Positions 29,827 to 38,426 of a DNA stretch of 64,000 nt are shown piece by piece. Below the pieces are notes generated by a model. It worked only from the letters and a program-made list of their open reading frames with translations. It had not been told where the DNA came from and did no database searches. The position numbers and the translations under genes were made by a program. How positions within the stretch are numbered: position 1 is the first letter of the stretch; every line of letters begins with the position of its first letter. The DNA comes from an uncultured Acidobacteriota bacterium (GTDB lineage Bacteria > Acidobacteriota > Vicinamibacteria > Vicinamibacterales > Fen-181): the NCBI GenBank assembly GCA_963783255.1, contig CAWAMP010000011.1:490905-554904 (forward strand). The letters run 5' to 3'.

Positions 29827-30693
29827 TCACCTGGGCAGCGGCACGCGGCTCGGAAGCTCGCCGAGATCGTAGTACCGGTGCTCGATGCCGGCGTCGGTCA
29901 CCACCGCGATGCGCATCCCCGATTTCGCGCCGCGAAGCGGCATCCCGATCGGACCCGTCGTCACAACCTGAAGACCGGCGTCTCGAGCCAGCGCGTTCTG
30001 GTGGTAGTGGCCTGCGAAGAGGTTCCGGACGCCGGCATCGTGAAAGAGCGTCAGCAGGCGCGCCCGCGCCTCGGGCGGGATACTCTCGTACCCGCCGGGC
30101 TCGGCCGCATCGCTGACGAACAGCGGATGGTGCTGGAAGACGACGATGTGCCTCGCGCCCTCGCGACGCGCCTTTGCCAGCTCAGCCCTGAGCCACTGGT
30201 CCTGCTGCTCGGCCTCCGCCTTCACGTTCTTCGGCGTGTGAATCAGGCACGAGTTGATGGCAATGCCGACGAAGCTGCCGACCGCGAAGCTGAAGTGATC
30301 GGGCCCGAAGCGCTTCGTGTAGGCCGCAACAGACTCGGGCGTCGGCTCGTTGCCGACGTCGTGGTTGCCCGGGATGGCGAAGGCGCGGATCGCCGGGTCG
30401 AGCCTGCCGAGCACGCGCTGGTACTCGGCGGCCTGCGCGCCGTCGCCCGTCCTGTTGACGAGGTCGCCCGTGACGATGACGAAGGCCGGCCGCAGCCGGT
30501 TCGCCGTCGCCACCGCGAATTCGAGATTCGCCGTTTCCTGGGCGAACTCCACGTTGTTCGTCGTCATCCCGAACTGGGGGTCGGTGAGCTGGATGAAGAA
30601 GAACGGTGCGGCCGGGGCGGCAGGCTGGCCTGACAACCCCGCACCGAAAGCGAAGGCCGCGAGAACGACCGCAAGACGTCGGACGAGTGACAT
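29827..30693 (-). CDS. Exported calcineurin-like metallophosphoesterase (CPPED1-like)
   Basis: Signal peptide, TDPQFG, TGDLVN, PGNHD, QHHP and AGHYH. Confidence 0.88.
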   Translation of the reverse strand: MSLVRRLAVVLAAFAFGAGLSGQPAAPAAPFFFIQLTDPQFGMTTNNVEFAQETANLEFAVATANRLRPAFVIVTGDLVNRTGDGAQAAEYQRVLGRLDPAIRAFAIPGNHDVGNEPTPESVAAYTKRFGPDHFSFAVGSFVGIAINSCLIHTPKNVKAEAEQQDQWLRAELAKARREGARHIVVFQHHPLFVSDAAEPGGYESIPPEARARLLTLFHDAGVRNLFAGHYHQNALARDAGLQVVTTGPIGMPLRGAKSGMRIAVVTDAGIEHRYYDLGELPSRVPLPR

Positions 30694-30705
30694 CACAACC
30701 GCCTC

Positions 30706-31007
30706 CTACCTGCCGGCGTTCCGGAGCGACTTGGCGTAGCCGACGCCGCCCGGCCGTTCACCGACAGGACGACGTAGCCCTGCGAGGCGAGCCACTGATT
30801 CATCGCGCAGGCCGTGTGGTAGCACCACATGTAGCAGTAGCCGAGCAGCATCTGTCTGATCGGCCCGTCGCGGACGAAGATGAGCGCCCGCCGGCGCGCG
30901 TCGGCGCTGAGCATGGCCACCTGCCCGCCCGAGGCCACCGGCACCGCGATGGCGCCGGCGAGAAGCAGGGTGAAAGCCGCGATTGGCAGGCGAACGACAC
31001 GCGACAC
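30706..31007 (-). pseudogene. Remnant of an S9 (prolyl oligopeptidase/DPP-like) peptidase gene
   Basis: Signal-like start joined to ALIFVRDGPIRQMLLGYCYM..AMNQWLASQGYVVLSVN. Continues in another frame as GGVGYAKSLR and then stops. No GxSxG. Confidence 0.65.
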
Positions 31008-31183
31008 GAATGCCTCCTGGACGGACGTCAAGGACCGACGGCCCTGGGGACCAGGCTTTTGACGGGAGAGGGTAGCACCTCGGAGCGGCGGCCACCAAAA
31101 GAATCGGGGTCCCGGAGCCGGCCCGCCCGGCGGCGTGTAACGTCGCGCGCATTCTGCTTCAGATACCAGAGAGGGAGGTCAGC

Positions 31184-31477
31184 ATGCGCCGAGGCGCCTT
31201 CATCCCTCGCCTCCTGGTCCCCGTTCTCGTGGCTCTCCTCGCGCCCGTGTCTCCTGGCGCCGCCGTCTTCGCAGCCTCGAGCAACTGGGCGCGCGTCATC
31301 GACCTCGAGAAGTACACCGAGGTCCGGGTCGAACTCAGGGACGGCCAGTCGCTCAGCGGGGTACTGGCGGCCGCCGATTCCTACTCCCTGACCGTCAGGT
31401 CGATGGGCATGGACGAGCAGGTTCCGCGGGGCCAGGTGCGACGGATCCTTCCGCCGTCGCTGCAAGGCGTGCGCTGA
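31184..31477 (+). CDS. Small exported hypothetical protein (Sm/LSM-like beta fold suggested)
   Basis: GGGAGG SD, signal peptide, VRVELRDGQSLSGVL...VPRGQVRRI pattern. Confidence 0.6.
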   Translation: MRRGAFIPRLLVPVLVALLAPVSPGAAVFAASSNWARVIDLEKYTEVRVELRDGQSLSGVLAAADSYSLTVRSMGMDEQVPRGQVRRILPPSLQGVR

Positions 31478-31486
31478 CGCTCCCCC

Positions 31487-31939
31487 TTACCCTTCCAGCG
31501 CGATCTTCACGACGACCTTCCGCACGAGCCCGGGGACGCCCGCGTCCATGCCCGGCATGTGGGCGTCGCCCGGCCAGAGGATCAGGAACTGACCGGCGGC
31601 GAATGTGAGGAAATCTCCCGCGCCTTCGAGCCACGCGATGTCACGGTCGGCCTGGTAGTCGGTTTCCTTCATGCGCGCGGTCGGCGCGACACCCATCCGT
31701 TCGAGGCCGGACACCACGTACTGCAGGTCGATGTAGTGCCGGTGGGCCTCCCAGCGGCACTCCGCGAACGTCTTCGGAGCAGAGTCGCTGACCAGCGCAA
31801 ACAGGCGCTTCCCGTCGATGTCGTGCTTGCCCGGCGGGAGGCTGGCCAGGTCGGTTTCGGCAAGAAACCGCAGCCCCCTCGCAATGCGGGTTCCGAGCGC
31901 CGTGTACAGATGCGCGTTCGCCAGAAGGTCGCTGACCAC
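31487..31939 (-). CDS. YhcH/YjgK/YiaL (DUF386, NanQ-like) protein
   Basis: WEAHRHYIDLQYVVSGLE, D..ADRDI, WPGDAHMP and RKVVVKI. GGAGG SD before GTG at 31939. Confidence 0.9.
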   Translation of the reverse strand: MVSDLLANAHLYTALGTRIARGLRFLAETDLASLPPGKHDIDGKRLFALVSDSAPKTFAECRWEAHRHYIDLQYVVSGLERMGVAPTARMKETDYQADRDIAWLEGAGDFLTFAAGQFLILWPGDAHMPGMDAGVPGLVRKVVVKIALEG

Positions 31940-31952
31940 GTCGGTCCTCCCT

Positions 31953-32023
31953 CGTTCGCCAGTTCGCCAGTTCGCCAGTTCGCCAGTTCGCAAGATCGCA
32001 AGATCGCACGATCGCAAGATTCA
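31953..32023 (-). repeat. 8-nt periodic GCGA array
   Basis: On minus: TGAATCTT GCGATCGT GCGATCTT GCGATCTT (GCGAACTG)x4 GCGAACGA. Confidence 0.85.
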
Positions 32024-32031
32024 CCCTATGT

Positions 32032-33237
32032 CTACCTGGCCCTGACGACGATCGCGTCGCTCACCCTGCGCGGCCCGGTCGGGTCCGACGGATGGTTCAC
32101 CACCGCGCCGTTCACCACCATCGTCGTCGATCCGCCGCCGTCGAGATTGAGCGCGTTCACCAGGCCGACCCGGGTGACGAGCGCCTGCAGCTCCGCGAAG
32201 CTCATGCCGAGGCTGAGCGCCTTGTTGCGGCCGTCGACGGTGATCAGCCAGATTCGGCCGTCGCTCGCCGTGCCGATGACGGTGCGGGGGTGGCGCTCGG
32301 TGGTGAAGCCGTCGCGCGGCATCTCCGGGCCCCAGTCCTTCACCAGGCGGCCGGTGGTCGCCAGCAGGCCGACGCCGCCGACAATGGCTGGGGCGGCGTC
32401 CCAGTCCGAGGGTTTCGTGCCGTTCAGCGGGTGATAGACGACCCGCGCGCGGGCGCGTGTGCCGACGGCCAGTCCGGCGAGCCTCTCTGCCGAAACCCCC
32501 GGCCCCGCCGCGATCACCGCGCCGCCGCGCGGGATGGCCGACGCGCAGGCGGCCACGCGCCGCTCGGCGAGCACGAGTGGGCGCCCGTCGAAGATGAACT
32601 CGGTTCCGCCGTCGCACGGCGTTCGGGTATCGGTCCAGAAGCGCGGCGTGAAGAGCACCAGCGCGCCGGGCGCGCGCACGGTGTCGACGGCGTCCACCGG
32701 CACGGTGCGGCGCTTCTTCCCGCTGCCGAGATCGACCTCGACGCGCGCGCTGACCTGGTCGAACACCAGGCGCGGTTTCCGTCCGAACCCCGCCGGGACG
32801 AGCGCGACCGCTCCGCGGTGCGGCGCGATCTCGCTCACCAGCTCACCGTCGACCTTGAGGAGGCCGGCGGGTTCGCCGCTGGGCAGGAAGAAGCCGGCAT
32901 TGATGGCTGCGGTGGCGCCTGAGCGGAACGCCATGTCCGGGACCGTTTCGAGTCCGAGCACCGTGTCCTGCGCGAGCACCAGGCGCAGGTCGACGCGGCC
33001 CGGGTCGAGGCGGAGCAGTTGCGTCGCGACCGGCCCGGGCGGCGAGAGCAGCGCCGGATCGGCGAGCCTGTAGAGCTCGACGCCGGCCGCGACGAGTTCG
33101 GGCTCGCCGAGCGAAGGGGGACGGGCAGGTGCGGCGTAGACGGCCGCGAGGGCCGTGATCAGCGCGACAGCGAAGAGCGGCGCGCGTCCAGGCTGGACGT
33201 TCGATCCGGCACGGGTCCGCCGCGAGAAGATGGCCAT
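32032..33237 (-). CDS. Phosphodiester glycosidase family protein (NAGPA/DUF2233)
   Basis: AINAGFF, HPRTVIG, VDGR, ALNLDGGGST and R.VSDAI. Confidence 0.9.
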   Translation of the reverse strand: MAIFSRRTRAGSNVQPGRAPLFAVALITALAAVYAAPARPPSLGEPELVAAGVELYRLADPALLSPPGPVATQLLRLDPGRVDLRLVLAQDTVLGLETVPDMAFRSGATAAINAGFFLPSGEPAGLLKVDGELVSEIAPHRGAVALVPAGFGRKPRLVFDQVSARVEVDLGSGKKRRTVPVDAVDTVRAPGALVLFTPRFWTDTRTPCDGGTEFIFDGRPLVLAERRVAACASAIPRGGAVIAAGPGVSAERLAGLAVGTRARARVVYHPLNGTKPSDWDAAPAIVGGVGLLATTGRLVKDWGPEMPRDGFTTERHPRTVIGTASDGRIWLITVDGRNKALSLGMSFAELQALVTRVGLVNALNLDGGGSTTMVVNGAVVNHPSDPTGPRRVSDAIVVRAR

Positions 33238-33301
33238 GGTGGCGCGCCCATGTTACCCCAGACGTCCGTCCGAGGCATCGCCGCGCCTGGATTCCCGGCG
33301 G

Positions 33302-33532
33302 CTACCGCAGCCCGAGCGCCGCGCGCAGCCTCTTCTCGTCGTAGCCGCGGACGACCGTGTCGTCGATGACCGTCACCGGGATCGACATCAGCCCGAGCGC
33401 CACCAGCTCGTCGAACGCCCCGGTGTCGTCGTCCACGTTCTTCACGGCGAACTCGAACCCGTTTCGTGAAAGAAACTCCTTCACCCTGGTGCACGCGTGT
33501 CAATGGCTGCCGGAGTAGACGGTGATGGCCAT
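33302..33532 (-). CDS. Glutaredoxin/NrdH-like selenoprotein (UxxC, Sec at codon 11)
   Basis: AAGGAG SD and ATG at 33532 give MAITVYSGSH-TGA-HACTRVKEFLSRNG...MSIPV...GYD. The TGA (33500-33502) occupies the first Cys of CxxC and a hairpin follows. Confidence 0.88.
33466..33484 (-). promoter_or_regulatory. Candidate bacterial SECIS element
   Basis: GUGAAGGA-GUU-UCUUUCAC stem-loop starting 15 nt after the UGA, with G in the apical loop. Confidence 0.7.
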
Positions 33533-33615
33533 CCGAACGCTCCTTCGTGGCGGGGGCTGACCGAATGTCGAACCGCGGGCGGCCGAGCTATCCACGCCGC
33601 CCGATCCATTGTACG

Positions 33616-34056
33616 ATGCTGGCGGATATGGAAACCTCAGACATCAGGCGGCGGCTGCGGCAGGCGCTCGAGGAAGCGAAGAAGGCGACGGCGGAACGGC
33701 GCAGCCGCGCCGACGCGGCGGCGACCGCCTATGCCGCGTTCCTGCAGACCATCGGGACGCCGGTGTTCCAGATGGTGGCGAACGTGGCAAAAGGCGACGG
33801 GCACCCCTTCTCGGTGTTCACCCCGGCCGACGGGATCCGCCTCGTATCGGACCGGCACAGCGAGGATTTCATCGAGCTCTGGCTCGACTCGTCGGTCGAC
33901 CCGCCGCAGGTGACGACGCGCGTCAACCGCGCCCGCGGGCGAAACGTCACCACGATCGAGGGGCTGCTCAGGGGCGACGTGCCCATCCAGGCGCTGACCG
34001 ACGAGGACGTGCTCGCGTTTCTCCTCGCCAACATCGGTCTGCTCGTGGAACGGTAG
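33616..34056 (+). CDS. Hypothetical protein
   Basis: Protein-like ORF (METSDIRRRLRQALEEAKK...) filling the gap between genes. Start is 33616 or 33628. Confidence 0.7.
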   Translation: MLADMETSDIRRRLRQALEEAKKATAERRSRADAAATAYAAFLQTIGTPVFQMVANVAKGDGHPFSVFTPADGIRLVSDRHSEDFIELWLDSSVDPPQVTTRVNRARGRNVTTIEGLLRGDVPIQALTDEDVLAFLLANIGLLVER

Positions 34057-34184
34057 CCCGCTTCCTACGTGCTTCGACTCGCAACTGCGGCCACGACGGA
34101 CTCTTGCAGCACGTGGCCGGCTGCGCTCGCTCAGCACGTAGTCCTGAGGGCACAAACACGTTGCCGGACTTGTGCATCGAAGGA

Positions 34185-35750
34185 CTACGCGCGACGTTCG
34201 GCGAAGGAGGTGTCCACGCCCTCGCGGCGAAGCACGGCGAGGAACGCCGGCTGATTGAAGGCCTGCCTGTAGGCCTCCTGCGCGTCCACGACGCCGTTCT
34301 GCACGAAACCGGCCAGGGCATCGTTGAGGGGGACCATGCCGTGTTTCCGGCCGCTCTCGAGCGCGGGTGGAAGCTGGCTCAGCCTGCCCTCTGCGATGAG
34401 GGAGGCAATCGCGGGGGTGTTCAGAAGCACTTCGCGCGCGGCGATCCTCCCGCCGCCGGCCTTCTTGACGAGAACCTGGGACACCGCGGCGCGGAGCCCG
34501 TCGGAGAGCATCAGCTGGATCCGCTCGCGCCGGTCGGACCGGAACCACTTGAGCATCCGGCCGATGGCCGCCGTCGTGGTCGGGGCCGAGACGGTCGCGA
34601 TCACGAGGTGACCGCGCTCGGTCGCCTCGAGTGCCAACTCGACGACCGCCGGCGACCGCAGGTCCTCGATCACCAGCACGTCCGGGTTCTCGCGAACGGC
34701 CGCGCGCAGGGCGGCGGCGACCTCGTCGGCCGCGCCGCGCACCTCGCGCTGGCTGATCAGGCACCCGCGGCTCTCGTGGACGCACGTGATCTGGCTTTCG
34801 ATGGTGATGACGTGGTCGGTGCGCGTGCGGTTGATCAGGTCGACGAGCGCCGCGGCCAGCGTGGACTTGCCGCTCGACCGCGGACCGGCGACGAGGACGA
34901 GGCCTTGCGACGCGGCGCCGAGCGCCTGGATGTCCTTCGGCAGCCCGAGGTGATCGGCCGACGCCGGCCGCGTGGTGATCAGCCGGAACGTCCCGCCCGG
35001 GCCCCGGTCGTCGCGGAAGCCGTGGCACCTGAAGCGGCCCACGTCGGCGAGGTCGAGGACCCACTCGGTGCCCTCGCCGCGCCGGATCGCCTCCCGTTCG
35101 TGCTCGGGGGCCAGGTCGGCCAGCAGCGATTCCACCTCCTGCGGCGTGAGCGCCGGCTCGCCGTCGAGCGCCGCAATCTGGCCATCGATGCGAATCGACG
35201 GCCGGGCACCCGAACTCAGGTGAAGCGCGGTTGCGCCGCGCGCCGCGGCGAGCCTGAGCAGCCGATCCAGACCGGCGATCCGCGCCGGCGGAGCGGGCCG
35301 CGACGGCGCCTCGGCGCGAATGGGGTTGCGGGCGAGCGGCACCACGACGGCCTGGCTCGATTCCGGAGAGGGAGGCGCAGGAACGTGCTTCTCCTCGGCG
35401 GCCGGCTGTTCGCTGACCGGGGCGGGCGCGTCCTGCGGCCAGGAGCGGTGCCGCCGGATCTCAATCCAGATGTCGTCGCCGCCGCGCGCGGCCACCACCG
35501 TGAACCGCTCGCCGTCGCCCGACGCCGACAGCGGCAGCTCGTGCTCGACGGCACCCAGTTCGTCAAGGGCGCGCCGGCTGTCGGCGGGCAGCAACTGCGC
35601 CAGCATCCCGGCCACGGCGTCGAGCGTGAGCGGGCGCGACGACAGCTGAACGGGACCTGACGCAGCCACCACGTAGGGCTGTTCCCCGACGTGCATGACC
35701 AGCGCGTCACCGTCTGCCTTGACGATGGCGGTCAACAGGGAGTTGACCAA
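34185..35750 (-). CDS. PilT/PilU-family ATPase-like protein with duplicated N-terminal domain and degenerate motifs
   Basis: GLVLVAGPRSSGKST, SQREV, ALRAAVRENPDVL, TERGHLV and GRIAAREVLL. Two copies of the PilT N-terminal pattern. Confidence 0.85.
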   Translation of the reverse strand: MVNSLLTAIVKADGDALVMHVGEQPYVVAASGPVQLSSRPLTLDAVAGMLAQLLPADSRRALDELGAVEHELPLSASGDGERFTVVAARGGDDIWIEIRRHRSWPQDAPAPVSEQPAAEEKHVPAPPSPESSQAVVVPLARNPIRAEAPSRPAPPARIAGLDRLLRLAAARGATALHLSSGARPSIRIDGQIAALDGEPALTPQEVESLLADLAPEHEREAIRRGEGTEWVLDLADVGRFRCHGFRDDRGPGGTFRLITTRPASADHLGLPKDIQALGAASQGLVLVAGPRSSGKSTLAAALVDLINRTRTDHVITIESQITCVHESRGCLISQREVRGAADEVAAALRAAVRENPDVLVIEDLRSPAVVELALEATERGHLVIATVSAPTTTAAIGRMLKWFRSDRRERIQLMLSDGLRAAVSQVLVKKAGGGRIAAREVLLNTPAIASLIAEGRLSQLPPALESGRKHGMVPLNDALAGFVQNGVVDAQEAYRQAFNQPAFLAVLRREGVDTSFAERRA

Positions 35751-35838
35751 GCGGGTGGCTCTCCTTACGCCACGGCCGCGGGCCGCGTCGATGGACGCGG
35801 TCCCTCACAGGCGATCTCGGCAGATTGTGCCGGGGGCT

Positions 35839-36243
35839 TTAATACACGCGCACCATTTCGACGAGCTTGTAGCCCCTGGTCTGGTACGGCGCGACCACCA
35901 GTCGAGTGCGCAGGTACTGGATCATCCCGTCGTCCAGATAGTCGGCCGGCCCGATCCCCTCGATGCCGGCCAGACGCGATTCGAGGGCGGCGAGCGTCAA
36001 CCTGGGAGTTTCGACGAGGCGGGTGCCGGGGAAAAGACCGAACCGCCTCATCGGCTTCCTCGTGCGTTCGGTGTCAAACCGCACGAAGATCTCGTTGGCG
36101 AGCAGGGCGTAGCCGGCGCCGGACCGGCTGGCCGGCGCGTCCTCGACGCGAAGCGCGGCGATTTCGTCGACCTGCCCGAGGGCCTCGAGCAGGCGGGCGG
36201 TGAAGTCGCCCTCGCCAGACCACGCCTGCGCGTCAACGGTCAT
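35839..36243 (-). CDS. Hypothetical protein
   Basis: ATG at 36243 overlaps the end of the HAD gene; MTVDAQAWSGEGDF...YKLVEMVRVY. Confidence 0.65.
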   Translation of the reverse strand: MTVDAQAWSGEGDFTARLLEALGQVDEIAALRVEDAPASRSGAGYALLANEIFVRFDTERTRKPMRRFGLFPGTRLVETPRLTLAALESRLAGIEGIGPADYLDDGMIQYLRTRLVVAPYQTRGYKLVEMVRVY

Positions 36244-36892
36244 GGCGTTGTCCCAGCAGCAGGGCAGCCACATCGGCCGGGTGGTCTGCGAACACCTCTC
36301 CGCCGCGGAGCCGCGAGCGGTCGAACGCGGCGAATCCGAAGCCGTAGCGCACGATGCACGCGCGGGCGCCCGCGGCGTGCGCCGTGCGCAGGTCCACCGT
36401 GGAGTCGCCGACCATCCACGTCGAGCCAGGGGCCGCGCCGGCATCCGCGGCGAGCTTCAGGAGGCCGTCAGGGCTCGGTTTCCGGCCATCCGGTCCGTCG
36501 CCGCCGACGATGCGGGCGAAGAAGTGGTCGAGGCCGAGCATCGACAGGATCTTCGTGGCCGCCTCGGCCGGCTTGTTCGTGAGGACGGCCATCGGCGCCG
36601 TCCCGACGAGCGACTCCAGCATCTCCGGGACGCCCGGATAGGGCCGGGTCGTGCCGGGCAGCACGCCGTCGTAGATCTCGAGGAAGCGCGCGAGCGAAGG
36701 CGCCGGGTCGTCGAGAATGGCCGCCGCGTCGAACGCCCGGGCTATCAGCAGGCTCGCGCCCTCGCCGACCATCCTCACCACCTCGTCGCGGTGAAGCGGG
36801 CGACCGCCACGCTCGGCGACCAGTCGGTTCACGGCCACGACCAGGTCATCGATCGAGTCAATCAGCGTGCCGTCGAGATCGAAGACGAACAT
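36233..36892 (-). CDS. gph: HAD-IA hydrolase, phosphoglycolate phosphatase-like
   Basis: FDLDGTLIDS, LTNK, KPSP and MVGDS..D HAD motifs. Confidence 0.85.
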   Translation of the reverse strand: MFVFDLDGTLIDSIDDLVVAVNRLVAERGGRPLHRDEVVRMVGEGASLLIARAFDAAAILDDPAPSLARFLEIYDGVLPGTTRPYPGVPEMLESLVGTAPMAVLTNKPAEAATKILSMLGLDHFFARIVGGDGPDGRKPSPDGLLKLAADAGAAPGSTWMVGDSTVDLRTAHAAGARACIVRYGFGFAAFDRSRLRGGEVFADHPADVAALLLGQRHDR

Positions 36893-36947
36893 CAAACGGT
36901 CCTCGGCTGGTGGCTATCGGCCGGCTCGCGAGGGGCGAGCCGGGCCA

Positions 36948-36996
36948 CGACCCTTCGACTTCGCTCAGGGTCGTCCCGAGCAACGTCGAGGGACGA
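36948..36996. repeat. ~48-bp structured dispersed repeat (copy 1)
   Basis: CGACCCTTCGACTTCGCTCAGGGTCGTCCCGAGCAACGTCGAGGGACGA. Second copy at about 52127-52175. Confidence 0.75.
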
Positions 36997-37018
36997 CTGC
37001 CCTCTCACCAGCCGGCGT

Positions 37019-37423
37019 TCACTCCCCCGAGTACGTCGCGAAGGAGGAGGGGGTCTCCCAGACCGTGACCCGCATCACGTTGAAACCCTGCTCGATCGCG
37101 TGGGTGTAAATCAGCCGGGCCACGAGTTCGACCGTCGGATTCGAGTCGACCAGGAAGATTGGCTCCCCGAGCGCCTGAAGCGGAGGCACGAGCGGATCGT
37201 CGCGGCGGAGGATCATCTTGTGGTCCAGCTCCCGGTCGATCCACCCCTTGACCACCCGCTTGATGTCGCTGAAGTCGCACACCATGTTCCGGCTGTCGAG
37301 CGCGTCGGTGCGAATCTCGACCTCGGCCAGCGCATTGTGGCCGTGCGGGTGCTTGCAGATCCCGTCGTAGTCGAGCAGGCGGTGCCCGTAGCAGAATTCG
37401 ATGCGCTTGGTGACGGAATACAT
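37019..37423 (-). CDS. queD: 6-carboxytetrahydropterin synthase
   Basis: F.YGHRL..Y.G.C.HPHGHN, DFSDIK, LDH and NPTVE...VWETP. Confidence 0.9.
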   Translation of the reverse strand: MYSVTKRIEFCYGHRLLDYDGICKHPHGHNALAEVEIRTDALDSRNMVCDFSDIKRVVKGWIDRELDHKMILRRDDPLVPPLQALGEPIFLVDSNPTVELVARLIYTHAIEQGFNVMRVTVWETPSSFATYSGE

Positions 37424-37461
37424 GGTGCGATTGTACAGTAGGCTGGAGGCGGAGCCACACC

Positions 37462-38130
37462 ATGGCTGACCTGGCGGTGCTGCTTTCCGGCGGGCTCGAC
37501 AGCGCGGTGCTGGTCGCCGACGCGGCGCGGACCGCCGTGGTCCAGCCGGTCTACGTGAGCGCCGGTCTCTCCTGGGAGCGGGAGGAAACGGCCCTCGTCG
37601 AGCGACTGCTTCAATCGCCGCCCTTTCAACGCGGCGTCAGCGCCCTCGTCCGCCTGGCCGTCGACGTCACCGACCTCTACCCGGACGCGCACTGGGCGCG
37701 TTGCGGCTCGCCACCCGCGTACGACACGCCGGACGCAGACGTCTACCTGCCGGGACGGAACGTGCTGCTGCTCTCGAAGGCCGGCGTCCTGTGCGCGCTC
37801 CATGGCATTCCGCGGATCGCGATCGGCCCGCTGGCCGGCAACCCGTTCCCCGATGCCACTCCCGAGTTCCTGGCATCGATGTCACGAACGCTGTCGCTCG
37901 GCCTCGCCCACCAGCTGACGATCGAGGCGCCGTTCTCGGGGATGCACAAGGAGGACGTGATCGCGCTCGGCGCGGCGCTTGGCGTGCCGTTCGAGCTGAC
38001 GCTGTCGTGCATGAAGCCGGCGGGCGGACGGCACTGCGGGCTGTGCAGCAAGTGCCGCGAGCGCCGAGACGGGTTCGACGCGGCCGGCGTGAGGGACCCC
38101 ACCGAATACCTGGCTCCGGCGCCGCGGTAG
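37462..38130 (+). CDS. queC: 7-cyano-7-deazaguanine synthase (QueC family)
   Basis: PP-loop LLSGGLDS, YLPGRN, FPDAT.EF and Zn motif C-x8-CxxCxxC. Confidence 0.88.
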   Translation: MADLAVLLSGGLDSAVLVADAARTAVVQPVYVSAGLSWEREETALVERLLQSPPFQRGVSALVRLAVDVTDLYPDAHWARCGSPPAYDTPDADVYLPGRNVLLLSKAGVLCALHGIPRIAIGPLAGNPFPDATPEFLASMSRTLSLGLAHQLTIEAPFSGMHKEDVIALGAALGVPFELTLSCMKPAGGRHCGLCSKCRERRDGFDAAGVRDPTEYLAPAPR

Positions 38131-38146
38131 GGCGGAGACGGGGACG

Positions 38147-38426
38147 TCGTGCGATCATGCGATCTTGCGATCGTGCGATCTTGCGATCGTGCGAACGGGC
38201 GATCGTGCGAACGGGCGATCGTGCGAACGGGCGATCGTGCGAACGGGCGATCGTGCGAACGGGCGATCGTGCGAACGGGCGATCTGGCGATCGTGCGAAC
38301 GGGCGATCGTGCGAAGTGTAACCGGCGGAAGCCGGGTCTCCACTACGCAAGATCGCTGCTTCGCAAGATCGCTACTTCGCAAGATCGCTACTTCGCAAGA
38401 TCGCACGATCGCACGATCGCACGATA
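38147..38426. repeat. Two head-to-head 8/16-nt GCGA arrays flanking a GTAG-like palindrome
   Basis: Plus: about 21 octamers, mostly (GCGATCGT GCGAACGG)n, at 38151-38318. Minus: GCGATCGT / GCGATCTT GCGAAGTA units at 38346-38426. Centre (minus) GTAGTGGAGACCCGGCTTCCGCCGG. Confidence 0.9.

Noticed and set aside
37019-38130. Dpd (deazaguanine DNA modification) or QatC-type defence island
   Set aside because: No dpdA/tgt, helicase, nuclease, ATPase or TatD partners, and no compositional shift around queC/queD.
38147-38426. Possible CRISPR array
   Set aside because: Contiguous 8/16-nt units with no unique spacers and no cas genes. The other arrays at 26473, 31953 and 62976 are likewise not CRISPR.
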